Of a stretch of DNA of 64,000 nt, positions 1 through 11,400 are shown piece after piece. The stretch is from a virus: the IMG/VR virus record IMGVR_UViG_3300031957_002603, positions 67,466 through 131,465 of that record; one strand, written 5' to 3'. The notes beneath the pieces were generated by a model. It did not search any database. It saw only the letters and a program-made list of their open reading frames with translations, and was not told the DNA's origin. The first letter of the stretch is position 1. The number at the start of each line of letters is the position of its first letter. A program made the translations under genes and the position numbers.

Positions 1-1209
1 CACCCAATTACAGCAGACTGGGAAGAAGGCATTGGTTTAGATATGGAAAATTATTCCGATCTGACTTATGACGTGATTGGCTCAAACTGGATCCGCTCTG
101 CTGGCTCCACTGCTTGGGATGTTGAAGGTGGATCTTATCTGCAAACTCCAAATGCAACTGCGTCATTCCCAGTTGGCAATGAAGATATGTCACTAATTGT
201 TACTGATATGGTTGAAGACTGGCTTGGCTCAAGTCCGACCAGAACAAATTATGGCTTTATGGTTAAACTCGCAGAGCAGTTTGAAAGTGCTAGTCTATCT
301 TATTATACAAAGAAATTTTTTGCTCGAGGAACTGAATTCTTTTTTCAAAAGCCCGTACTTGAGGCGCGATGGGATTCAAGAACTAACGATGATCGCGGTG
401 AATTTTACTTGTCTTCTGCTTTGGCTCCTGCTGATGATAACATGAATACATTATATTTTTATAACTTTGTTCGTGGAAGACTGCGAGAGATTCCAGATCT
501 TGGAGATGACAAGAGAGTTTATGTATCTTTGTTTTCCGGATCGCTTGCAAATACCGCTCCCTCTGGCTCTCCTCAAGTACTGGTTGTTGACGGAACGCAT
601 GTTACATCCAACAACAATCTTGTTATAACAGGCGGAATTGTTTCCACAGGAATTTATTCAGCGTCTGTTGCTTACACTGGCTCCGATACAATGACCAAAG
701 TCTTTGATGTTTGGTTTACTGGCAGCGATTCTACTACTTCGGCTTATGACGCCGACACTCAATTTCACACAGGCACAATTGATATTGAAAACTTTGAGGC
801 TTCAAATTATTCAACCACAAACCGATACGTGATTAATTTTACAAACATACAGCAAGAGTATTATCCAGAGCAGTCAGCAAGATTCAGAATGTTTGCGAGA
901 CAAAAAGGATGGTCTCCAAATATTTACACGGTCGCTCAGGCAACCGTACCAACCTTGACATTTAGAAGTGCTTCATATCAAATCACAAGAGCAACGGATG
1001 ATTATGTCGTTATAGATTATGGAACAGGCAGCGTGTATCATACATTGATGTCGTACGATGTATCTGGTAACTATTTTGATCTAGATATCGGTTTATTGGA
1101 ACCGGGTTATGCTTATAACATACAAGTATCTATCTATGATGATGCTGTTGGTACTTATATCGAACAACCATACAGTTTTAAATTCAAGGTAAATAAGTAT
1201 GACTATTAA
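1..1209 (+). CDS. Virion structural protein with DNRLRE-like beta-sandwich domain (5'-partial)
   Basis: Frame is open from base 1 (HPITADWEEGIGLD precedes the track's Met at 43). W-x-EG-x-G, TNYGF and F..E....P.L motifs resemble DNRLRE-type domains. Lies in the baseplate cluster. Confidence 0.55.
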   Translation, partial: HPITADWEEGIGLDMENYSDLTYDVIGSNWIRSAGSTAWDVEGGSYLQTPNATASFPVGNEDMSLIVTDMVEDWLGSSPTRTNYGFMVKLAEQFESASLSYYTKKFFARGTEFFFQKPVLEARWDSRTNDDRGEFYLSSALAPADDNMNTLYFYNFVRGRLREIPDLGDDKRVYVSLFSGSLANTAPSGSPQVLVVDGTHVTSNNNLVITGGIVSTGIYSASVAYTGSDTMTKVFDVWFTGSDSTTSAYDADTQFHTGTIDIENFEASNYSTTNRYVINFTNIQQEYYPEQSARFRMFARQKGWSPNIYTVAQATVPTLTFRSASYQITRATDDYVVIDYGTGSVYHTLMSYDVSGNYFDLDIGLLEPGYAYNIQVSIYDDAVGTYIEQPYSFKFKVNKYDY

Positions 1210-4200
1210 AGATTTATTTGGTAAATCAAAAGTAGCAGTTATTGAAAGTTCTGAAAGTGGCAGTGTTGATCTAGAATCGCCCACTTTCCTAGACACGGTC
1301 ATAAAAGATAATTCAACTTTCGTTCCTTTTTTGGACTTTTCTGATCCAAATCTGTTTGTAAAGTTTGGTTCTGCCGAACTTTATTACGACTCTGCAATTA
1401 AAAGAATTTACCAAACATATCCTTACGATGGCTCAGACAACGAGAAACTACAGTTCCAATTGTCCTCGTCTTATCTTGAAGAGTGGCTTTATTACAATAA
1501 ATATCCACGCTCCACTGGTTACGCCATTTTCAGCGCCAATGGTTGGGGCTCGCAAACTAGCGAGGCCGATGGTTATGGATATCCAGCCTCTCAAGAATAC
1601 ATTGACGCTGCTGGTGGCCTACATACAGCCTCTGCTGGTATGCTGACAGGCAAACTCTACGAAAACTTTGATAAATCAATCAAATACGACGCAAACAAAA
1701 ATAGAACACAAAACTTTCGCTTGATGCCAACAGATGGTAACACAATCGAGTTCTGGCTCAAAAAAGATGCATTCGATGTTGCCAGCACAGAGAAAGAAGT
1801 TATTCTTGACCTTTGGAATACAGAAGACACATCATCTTCTGATTATGGTCGTTTAACAATTTACTTATCAGGCTCGGGCGTTGGAGATTCTGGTGCAAAC
1901 CCAATTAGGGTTACCCTTAGAAACGGAACACAAGGATTTGACGATCAAGCAATCGCCAGTTCTGATTTTACAACCTCCTCATTAGCAGATTCAAATTGGC
2001 ATCACTACGCTATTTCTTTCGTATCTCAAGCATCAAGTATAAAATCTTACTTCTACGTCGATGGTGCTTTGGAGAATGAACTTGATATCGGCTCTGCTGG
2101 TATTGATGAAATCTCTGGTAGAGTCAATGCTCGTATCGGTGCTCTAAAGACATCGCCCGATGGATCGTCTGCCCTCGCTGGTGCTGGTAAATTAAGCGGC
2201 TCATTGGATGAATTTAGATTCTGGAAAACACGACGCACCTCTAAACTTATTAATCAGAATTGGTTCCAACCAATTGCCGGTGGCGCAAACACCGAGGACA
2301 ACAACACCGCCCTAGGGTGTTATTATAAATTTAACGAAGGTATCACGACTACAAACTCAGTTGACGCAAAAGTGCTTGATTACTCTGGCCGACTAACCAA
2401 TGGTACATGGACCGGATATTCATCTGCTTCTCGTAATACTGGCTCTTGTTTTGTATCTGCTTCTGTGATTTCGGTCGAAGAACCAGATCCGATCATCTAC
2501 AGCACTCATCCAGATGTCGTCTCTCTTTCATCCGAGATGCAGACCAGTGGGTCCGATTACGACACCACAAACACAACTTATCTATTTCAAAAACTACCAC
2601 AGTTTCTTCAAGACGAAGACATCGATAATGATGATGATATAAAGAAATTATTTCAAATCATCTCTTCTTACTTTGATACAATCTATTCTCAAACCAAGGT
2701 CCTCCCCGAACTCACTCAAAAGAATTATTTCTCGTCCTCAATGAAGCCGCTTCCGTTTGCAAATAAGTTGCTCGAAAGCCGTGGCTTCATGACAAGAGAA
2801 TTGTTTGTGGACACTGAAGTTCTTGAGTTCTACAGAGGCAACGATTTACAAAATCTCAAATACGCCGAGAATGTAAATAAAATTAAAAACCAAATTTATC
2901 ACAACATCTACAATAACCTCGACTATATTCTAAAGTCAAAGGGAACCGAAAAGTCAATGAGGAACTTTCTTCGTTGCTTTGGTATTGACGATGAATTAGT
3001 TAAACTAAATCTCTATACAGACGGAGGCACTCACTATTTCACCGATGTATTTAAGAATACCTCGGTCACAAAGAAATATCTAAACTTTAATAATCCAGAT
3101 TATTTCTCCTCCACCGTTTACCAAACCTCGTCCGCCAATAACTCAAATGTTTACATCTCGGGCTCTGGTATGAAGGGCTCAACCGAGAAACTTGAAAGAT
3201 TCAATGCTTTTACTTTCGAAATTGACACGATCATCCCAGAAAAGATTGATATCACAGAGCAAGGCTTCTTTGACACAACATTCTTGTCTTCCTCAATTGG
3301 TGGCTTCCACCAGCCTGCCACCGGTGCAATAGGCGACCAATATCACTGGTCGACAGAAGACAATATCGCCAACGTCCAAATATACACCGTAAAGGACAAA
3401 ATTAACTCCGAGAGAGCAAAGTTTTTAATAACAAATGAAGACGGAACCCTATTCCTTACCTCGAGTTTTTACACTGAAATCTATAGCAATAATAGGTGGA
3501 ATTTGAGTGTAAGAGTCGCTCCTAATGGCTATGGTGTATATGGCTCTGTTTTGTCAAGTTCGAATCCTGATTATACGCTGACTTTCTACGGTGTCAATCA
3601 TCAATTTGGCGAGGTAAGAGAAGAATTTAAATTAACTGCCTCGTTGAATAATACTTCGGGCTCTGCGTATGTTTGCAATCCAAAGATTGTATACGCCGGC
3701 GCTCATTACGAAAACTACACTGGATCGCTGCTTCAAGAGTCCGATGTTCAGATTGGTGGTTGCCGTTATTGGTTTGATTTCCTTGAAGACGCTGACCTTA
3801 AGGCACACTCTCTCGATGTCACCAGCATTGGTGTTGACAACGCAACTCGATGCGGTACGATGTTTACATATGAGATTTCTGGAACCGTCTTGCCTCGTGC
3901 TGACATGCTTGCGCTCAACTGGGATTTTGATACGGTCACTGGCTCTGACTCAAGCGGTAACTTTGATGTTTTTGATCTGACTTCTGGTTCTACCACGGCT
4001 CGACCAATTTATGGCTGGCTTGACAATATCGTCGAGACAGACCACCCAGCGATCGGCGCAAACTTCGGAGCGTCAAAGACGTCTTTCGTTGAGAACGAAT
4101 TAATATACACAGCAAAGAAAGAACTGCCCGAGATCTCTGTAAGTTCCGAGAACATTTATATTAAAGGCGATTTCCAAAAATTCTTTGTCAAGGACGACGA

Positions 4201-7200
4201 TGTAAGCGACAACTTCTACTCGCTTGAGAAGTCAATGTATCAAGTTATCTCTGACGAGATGCTTTCAATGTTTGCATCCGCTGTTGAGTTCAACAACTTG
4301 ATGGGCGAAGCAGTCGATAGATACAGACACCGTTATAAGAATCTTGATAAGATGCGTCAATTGTTCTTTGAGAAAGTCGAGTCCGATATGGACTTCGATA
4401 AATTTACAAATTATTACAAATGGATTGACTCATCGATCTCGGAAATGATGACACAGTTGTTTCCGTTCTCTGCAAGACATTCAGAGGGAATCGCAGATAT
4501 TGTCGAGAGCCACATTCTCGAGAGAAATAAATATCAAAACAAGTTCCCATTGACAACTCGACTTGCATCAACCGAGGGCTCGGCTCGAGGTGTTGGCGAA
4601 CTAACTTACAATTGGAAGTTCGGACATGCTCCGTTTCCTTTCCGTGCCGAAGCCGAGAATGAAAACTGCCTCTGGAACAAAGAACGAAAAGAAAGAACAG
4701 ATATATCAGATCGACAAGTAATTCAAAACTCTATCTTGAATCACAATAGTGCTTCTGCTCCGCTGCTGGCAACAGACGACGGCACAATGTACTTTGGCTC
4801 AACTTATGCAATCAACCGCTTAAGCAAGCCATACAAAGAGAGCATTGCCTTTAACGATTCAGTCCACGGTGGAACCAACTATTCCAAGATTAAAGATCGT
4901 GATTTTGTTTATAGTGCCACACGCATTCATGGTCCAGTATCGCAACAATACCCTCGAGGCATTCCTCAAAACGTAATGGTTGTTGGCGTCGGCGAAGGTC
5001 AAGGCACAGATGCCTTTATCGATTGCAAAGATGTCGAGGATCCAAACGAAAAAAGAAAGTGGCGCTTTACCGCTGTTGTTGGTCGTTTTGCCACTGGACA
5101 AAACCCACAAGCCAGACAAGGCGAAGATTATACTCATAAAGTCAAATCCGAGGCATATTGGCCGGCAAATTTGATCTCTGGTAATGTCGAAGGGGGTTAT
5201 GCCGACCTTGTGACAACAAAGTTCAAAAGTGGCTCAATTATAACGAATTTACACTCGGATACATTTTCTCCAACAAATGAGATCGGTCTTCAATCTCCGT
5301 TCACAAATGCTTGGGTTGGAGGACACCAATCCCGCCATGTTAATTTAAATACCTACATTGAATCTAGAGAAGGAAACCATGCGAGAGGCGGAATAGTTAT
5401 TATCAATCAACCGAGTGACGGTGAAGAAGTTGTGATAAGTGATGGAGTAATAAGTGTCACTTTCACTCTTAAATCTACAGCGACAGCCAACAACCATGTT
5501 CAAATTGGTGCAGACGCCGAAGAAACTTTAGACAACTTTATAATAAAAATAAATGATTTTCCTTCATTTAAAATAACTGCATCAAAATTAAATTTTGCTA
5601 CGATTGATTTAGTAAATGATGAACCCGGAGTTTTTGGCAATGTGCCAATGACCGATACGTTGGTATTTCCAAATCGAGTTGTGGTTGGCATGTCAGGCGG
5701 AACTTTTGAAGAAAGCCGTAATGGCCTAGACGATCAATACACCCGTCCCGAAGCATGGCGGCTTTTATTAAGAGAATGTGCCGATGGTACTCAAGGTACC
5801 TCATCTTTTCAAGGATCAAACGACGGAGCCATGGGCTTTGTTGGGCCTGACTATGGTGGCCCATATCCTGACAAATCTCGTAAGTACGCTTTCCGATATC
5901 GTGAGGAAAGAACAAAGCGTCCTGTTAATTTAAAAAATATTAAAACAACAACCGGCTCTGCGGTGCTAGGAAACTATACGGAGAACTATGAAGTCGTTCA
6001 TACCTTTGGGATGAAAGGCAATAGCCCTGTTTTAAAAGAAACAACTGGCTCTCTACTGCCTTCTCACATAGGAAACTTACTCCCAGCAACCACCAATTAC
6101 CAGACGCTCATTGCACAAACAACTGGTGCATACGGTAATGTTTTTGGAGACATTAATTCGTCTTCTATAGAACATCCGGATCCTTTATCAAGCCATACAG
6201 AGAACAATAGGCAATATAAGATCCCTGCTACTCCTGCTGTTGAAGGGCAATTGGCTACTGTCGGACTGGCATTCAAGATACCTCCACATGATGTTGTCGG
6301 AGCCGGCAGTACTTTGACAGTGCCAACAACTGGTTCTGGAATCACCATCGGAATCGACGCAGATGGTTCCGATTTAAGAGTAAATACAGATGGCAGCGAT
6401 ACTAACTTTCGCAACAATTTGTCATTTGCTCTAGCAGATGCCACTCTATATGGTAGTGTAAAAACTACAACAGAGGGCGGTGATACTGATACTTGTTTTC
6501 AAATAAATTCACCCGGCAGTGCGGCTTTAAGAATGCCGAATCTTATAGTCAATGGTGCCTATCCTTTAATCAAAGAATCAAACGATGATGACTTCTATTG
6601 GGCAGGATGGATTTATTATCCATCTGGCAGCACAGGAATTTTTAGAAGAATTTTTGCTATTTATGACGATGGCAATTCACTGTTAAAATGTGGTGTCATG
6701 GTTTCTTCAAATGGTCATGATTTATATCTTAGTTTAAGAGATGAATCTTCAATGCGTCATTGGTTATATAACAACGCCGGCGCAAACTTTGATGATACTC
6801 ATGCAAATCAGTGGACCCATATCGCCGTCTCATTTAACAGTTCGTCAGTACTACAACAAGATTCGGTTACTTTATATATTAACGGAGTCAGCGCTTCAAT
6901 AGATACTTTCCCTACTTTGGGTGGCGCACAATATTCTGCTTCTCATGATAGTACGATTGCAATTATGCAAGATGGAGATGGGACCAATACAACTTTTCGT
7001 CAACAATGGTCTGGCTCTGCGACAAATTGGGTATTTGGAACTGGTTCATTACTATCTACAGATGTTTTGAAACTGTACAACCATGGGTACGTCTGGGATA
7101 CAGAATATAGTGCGTCAGAAATAGCAGCACATTGGAAATTCGGAGGTACGTCTTCTTTTGGAACAGATGAAATTGTACAACCGGGCGCTAAGTTTTTTAA

Positions 7201-8464
7201 TCACTTAAGTAGCGACTATTTTATAACAGCGTCAAATCCAGTTGTTGCCGCATTTGATACTACATTGTCATTTCAAACAGCCGGAACTAATGGTGGATCG
7301 CTTTATACACCGAGAATATCAACGTTTAGTTTGACAGCATCATTACAGAATTCAAATTATAACGGCGCGATTACATCAACCGGAGATACAATTTACCTTA
7401 ATGGTGTTGAATATTCGGATCCATTCTTTAGTTTGGGTACATTATCCGGTGGTGTTACACCAATTGCCGCACAACCAGAGGTTTCAAATATAACAGAAAT
7501 CCAGCGAGATGATCTAACCTCATCGAACTCGATTATCAGAACTCGCTTCTCTGCTCCCGGTGGTCCCGAGATTAACACGAGAGGATACTTAGATATCGGC
7601 TCTCAAGAGTTCTCTGTTTACAATGCAATGCCTTTCCGCAATCTGTCGGTCCTTGGGTCTGGTTCTGGTGAGGACACAACAATAAGAGTTGATAGTCCTG
7701 CGTCGAGACGAGAAGGTTTGAGAACACTTTACACAAGACATTGCGGAAGATACGGAATCGACTCACAATTTGGAGCGATCCAAGAAGATTCTTATGTCGT
7801 GGTTGATGCATCTTATCACAAAATTAATCGTAATACAAGGGTAGTTGTCGAGACCGGTTCACTAATTATTACTGAAAGTGTTGACAATTTTCATGTTTCA
7901 AGACCAATTCCATCACAAGATTATGGATACGCATGGGTGACTGCGTCTTTATCAGAAGAATTGTCTCCGAGAACAACAGGAAATCAAGTGGTATTTGGTT
8001 ATTGGCCAAAAGACGGTATATCAAAAGCAAACCCAGACCTTCAATGGAGAGACAACGGATTTGATTCTGCGGTTAATTTTCCAACTGGATCTACAGGTGC
8101 ATTCTCTAGCACTGCATCTGGAACAATAACAATATCTGTTAATCCAACCGATGGTGATACTATTACTTTTGGAACAACAGCCGCAAATACTACTACTTTT
8201 ACTTTTAAAAACACTCCATTAGTAGATACTCATATACAAATAGGTGCTGGTGCTTCTCTCACGCTGGGAAATTTACTAAACAAATTGATTTCAACTTTTG
8301 GACTAGTTGGGGTTTCTCAACTACCTGTTGTCGGATCTACTATGAATGTAACAAATGTTGGCAGCGAGAACATTGAAATAAGTGAAACCTTCACATCACC
8401 TAGTAATACTGTTTCTGGGCTTACGGGTGGTTTTAAACAAGGTCTTGTAGGAGTAACTTCATAA
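1199..8464 (+). CDS. Giant (2421 aa) baseplate wedge-like protein with LamG/ConA-like domains
   Basis: LamG-like segments (TIEFWLK...WHHYAISF...YVDG...GSLDEFRFW; QWTHIAVSF...LYING). ILKSKGTEKSMRNFLRCFGI resembles the KGT motif of T4 gp7/P2 gpI-type wedge proteins. Confidence 0.65.
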   Translation: MTIKDLFGKSKVAVIESSESGSVDLESPTFLDTVIKDNSTFVPFLDFSDPNLFVKFGSAELYYDSAIKRIYQTYPYDGSDNEKLQFQLSSSYLEEWLYYNKYPRSTGYAIFSANGWGSQTSEADGYGYPASQEYIDAAGGLHTASAGMLTGKLYENFDKSIKYDANKNRTQNFRLMPTDGNTIEFWLKKDAFDVASTEKEVILDLWNTEDTSSSDYGRLTIYLSGSGVGDSGANPIRVTLRNGTQGFDDQAIASSDFTTSSLADSNWHHYAISFVSQASSIKSYFYVDGALENELDIGSAGIDEISGRVNARIGALKTSPDGSSALAGAGKLSGSLDEFRFWKTRRTSKLINQNWFQPIAGGANTEDNNTALGCYYKFNEGITTTNSVDAKVLDYSGRLTNGTWTGYSSASRNTGSCFVSASVISVEEPDPIIYSTHPDVVSLSSEMQTSGSDYDTTNTTYLFQKLPQFLQDEDIDNDDDIKKLFQIISSYFDTIYSQTKVLPELTQKNYFSSSMKPLPFANKLLESRGFMTRELFVDTEVLEFYRGNDLQNLKYAENVNKIKNQIYHNIYNNLDYILKSKGTEKSMRNFLRCFGIDDELVKLNLYTDGGTHYFTDVFKNTSVTKKYLNFNNPDYFSSTVYQTSSANNSNVYISGSGMKGSTEKLERFNAFTFEIDTIIPEKIDITEQGFFDTTFLSSSIGGFHQPATGAIGDQYHWSTEDNIANVQIYTVKDKINSERAKFLITNEDGTLFLTSSFYTEIYSNNRWNLSVRVAPNGYGVYGSVLSSSNPDYTLTFYGVNHQFGEVREEFKLTASLNNTSGSAYVCNPKIVYAGAHYENYTGSLLQESDVQIGGCRYWFDFLEDADLKAHSLDVTSIGVDNATRCGTMFTYEISGTVLPRADMLALNWDFDTVTGSDSSGNFDVFDLTSGSTTARPIYGWLDNIVETDHPAIGANFGASKTSFVENELIYTAKKELPEISVSSENIYIKGDFQKFFVKDDDVSDNFYSLEKSMYQVISDEMLSMFASAVEFNNLMGEAVDRYRHRYKNLDKMRQLFFEKVESDMDFDKFTNYYKWIDSSISEMMTQLFPFSARHSEGIADIVESHILERNKYQNKFPLTTRLASTEGSARGVGELTYNWKFGHAPFPFRAEAENENCLWNKERKERTDISDRQVIQNSILNHNSASAPLLATDDGTMYFGSTYAINRLSKPYKESIAFNDSVHGGTNYSKIKDRDFVYSATRIHGPVSQQYPRGIPQNVMVVGVGEGQGTDAFIDCKDVEDPNEKRKWRFTAVVGRFATGQNPQARQGEDYTHKVKSEAYWPANLISGNVEGGYADLVTTKFKSGSIITNLHSDTFSPTNEIGLQSPFTNAWVGGHQSRHVNLNTYIESREGNHARGGIVIINQPSDGEEVVISDGVISVTFTLKSTATANNHVQIGADAEETLDNFIIKINDFPSFKITASKLNFATIDLVNDEPGVFGNVPMTDTLVFPNRVVVGMSGGTFEESRNGLDDQYTRPEAWRLLLRECADGTQGTSSFQGSNDGAMGFVGPDYGGPYPDKSRKYAFRYREERTKRPVNLKNIKTTTGSAVLGNYTENYEVVHTFGMKGNSPVLKETTGSLLPSHIGNLLPATTNYQTLIAQTTGAYGNVFGDINSSSIEHPDPLSSHTENNRQYKIPATPAVEGQLATVGLAFKIPPHDVVGAGSTLTVPTTGSGITIGIDADGSDLRVNTDGSDTNFRNNLSFALADATLYGSVKTTTEGGDTDTCFQINSPGSAALRMPNLIVNGAYPLIKESNDDDFYWAGWIYYPSGSTGIFRRIFAIYDDGNSLLKCGVMVSSNGHDLYLSLRDESSMRHWLYNNAGANFDDTHANQWTHIAVSFNSSSVLQQDSVTLYINGVSASIDTFPTLGGAQYSASHDSTIAIMQDGDGTNTTFRQQWSGSATNWVFGTGSLLSTDVLKLYNHGYVWDTEYSASEIAAHWKFGGTSSFGTDEIVQPGAKFFNHLSSDYFITASNPVVAAFDTTLSFQTAGTNGGSLYTPRISTFSLTASLQNSNYNGAITSTGDTIYLNGVEYSDPFFSLGTLSGGVTPIAAQPEVSNITEIQRDDLTSSNSIIRTRFSAPGGPEINTRGYLDIGSQEFSVYNAMPFRNLSVLGSGSGEDTTIRVDSPASRREGLRTLYTRHCGRYGIDSQFGAIQEDSYVVVDASYHKINRNTRVVVETGSLIITESVDNFHVSRPIPSQDYGYAWVTASLSEELSPRTTGNQVVFGYWPKDGISKANPDLQWRDNGFDSAVNFPTGSTGAFSSTASGTITISVNPTDGDTITFGTTAANTTTFTFKNTPLVDTHIQIGAGASLTLGNLLNKLISTFGLVGVSQLPVVGSTMNVTNVGSENIEISETFTSPSNTVSGLTGGFKQGLVGVTS

Positions 8465-11400
8465 TGGCACAATTTGTTGATTTTGTTGGATTAAATACGT
8501 TTATATATGAGGCGAATGGATATACTTATGAAATAAGTGATTTAGCCACAGAAGAATATTCTGCTAATGAATATATTTCAAAAGCAGGTCTTGTAGGTAC
8601 AAAATTGGTCCTTTTGTATCCAAATACCATTGGCAATTTTGGCTTTGCGGGAAGTGCCCTAGAATATGCAGACCTCGAAAATATGGATCCAAGACAAACT
8701 AATAGGTTTGCTTTTGAATATCGTGACATCAGAAATTTAATTAATTCAAATTTTCCTCTTTATCTTTCTGCTTCCATGCATGGAATAGAATCATCTGCAT
8801 CTTATTTCCCCGCTCTAATGTTAAAAAGAAATGGTCCATACGGACACCCGATGTTCAAGCAAATCCGAGTTCACCAGAATCCTCTTACCCGGAGACAAAT
8901 AAAAGAGAACATTTTTACAATTGTGGAAACACCGTCGCAAGAAGCCATAAGAACATTTGGCAACAATAAAATTGAAACAATTCGTTCAAGATATGGTAAC
9001 ATTGTCGGATTTAGAGAAGCAATGGTGACATCTCGATATCAGCCACTCGATTGGCTATTGGGCTTCTCATCAGATGACGAAAGAATTGTAAATGCAGAGA
9101 ACCCATCACAAGAGAACATTGAACGCTTGATTCTTCGTAATTCTTATGGAAATGACATTAACTTTTTTGCAAACGCTGAATTAGACAACCGTCTGGGTCT
9201 TGAGATTGAAGAAGATGAAGATTATGAAAGGATCTCAAACTTTTACCTTAATGGTGGCCTTGACGCTGATGATAGTCCTGCTTCAACATTTGAGTTTCTT
9301 AAATATCGTGAAACGGTTTTCCCAAGAGAGACGAATGCTTTCAGAGCCATCTCGAGAAAAAGAACGAATTATCTTAACAATTTTTGGAGAGATGATCGAC
9401 AAGACAGATCAATTATTACAACAGACGCATTCGGCAGCAAATATGTAACCAGTGCAACTGGGTCCGGATATAGAAGACCATCAATTTGGCCACTTGATGC
9501 AGATGTTAATTTTGCTAGTAGAGACATTAGAGATGTTCATGAAGAATTTCTTGGCTTCAATGCAAATTCTGGCCTAGGCCAATTATCCGGTGGCGCGGGT
9601 ATTTTACAAAATCAATATTGCCAAATAACAACAGAACCAGTCGAAGATCTTGGATCAGGCGACGTACAACCAGAATTTGATAATAATTTCCGCGCAGGTC
9701 CCTTGTATTCTAGAAGGCATACTCTTTCTTATAATAAATATCGTGGATTGTCAACTATATTTAGTGCGTCGGTCACTGGATCGGTCGTTTCTCCAGATGG
9801 TATTTTTATACCAGAAACATCTTCTGCGGGCGGCGGATTGGCTGGCCTTGGAGTAAAAGGACAAGGTCAAGCACTATGGGAAGCCGGCGCTCAAGCAGGA
9901 AAGAACCCATTTTATTCTTCATATGACTATTGGTGGGAACAATTAAGATTAAAAGCAAAAGATTATTCAGTTGTTCCGGAATTCCGAATATCAGAATTTA
10001 TCGAGACAATTGAAAAATCCGGATCTCAAACATTTATTGACAATATGTTTGAAGTTACTGGCGGGTCATCGGGCGATATAGATCTAGAAAGGCCATATGA
10101 TCAATTCTTTGGTAATGATTCATCCGAGACAAAGTTCTATGAAACTTATTCAACTTCTGATTTCATGAAGCATTTTGCAAAGATTAAAAAAGATCATGAC
10201 GAATTTGTTGAACCATCAAAGATCACTCTAACATGTAAAGCATTTAAAAAATTTCTTGCATATGATTCTTTTTACCCTGCGAATCGAACAGTTGACCTCG
10301 CAACACAGTTTTCAAGATCATACGCTGATAATATTGAGTTTTCAAGTTCATTCGGAGACACAACAGGCGGCAATAATAAGAGACAGGTTGGATTGCAAGC
10401 AATTTTAAAACCAATGATGGCACCGGGTATTTTATATAATTCAATTAGATCTGGACTTGCTTGTGACTATCCAATTCACGATAATACATTGACTGGCGAA
10501 ATCGCTTTATCATCCTCATCAGGTCCGGCTCTAATTGCATATTCAAATGATAAAGAATTTACTACTAGATTGCCTTTTGAGACAATTTATAATCCTGAAA
10601 AATTCTTGTTTAATAAAAATATTGCATGCGATGAACCAGATCCAAATGCAAATACAAATGTCAGGGCATCTTTGCAAGGAGGGTCTGATAATTTGTATAA
10701 AAAAATGATAAATAATTTCCTCGCTGAAACTACTAACTTTTTCTTAGAAGACTCACAATTATCATTTATCGTTTCAAAAAAGCAATCTGATCCATCATTC
10801 GGAGTTATGGAAGCCGGAAAAACTTATGCAATGAGGATTAAAGTAGGAAAAACATATTCCACTTCTAGGAAGCCATTCTCAAATGAAAACGGTTCTTATT
10901 TCCCTCCCAATCAATATATCGAAGGCGATGATTATGCTAGAGAGAATATAACTATGTATTCTAGGCCGAGCGCATTCGGCCCACCAAGTCCAGCATATGG
11001 CGACCGTCATGGAGCCGGAGCGTTAGGCGCAGGGATTGGTTTTATGGGATCTTATATAGGATATAATTTCCCATATACACCTCCTTATTACTACGGAGAA
11101 GCATATTGTGATGTATTATTTCATGCCGAAAATACACAAAAGTACACTTTAACAGAAATTCTTCAAGGTTCAGAATACTACATCATTAGAGTAGATCCCG
11201 AATCTTATGCAAGTTCTTCGTTAAATATACGAGGCTTTAATAATCCTGCTTTTGGACCAACGACAGGATTGCAAGGAACAGGCTCAAGAGTAGGCTACCC
11301 CGATTACCTATCATCTTACGGTTTTTATCCGGATAGGTTTAGAGGCACCTATGATGATGGAATTAATAAAACAACATTTAATCGAACTTTAAACGTGGTA

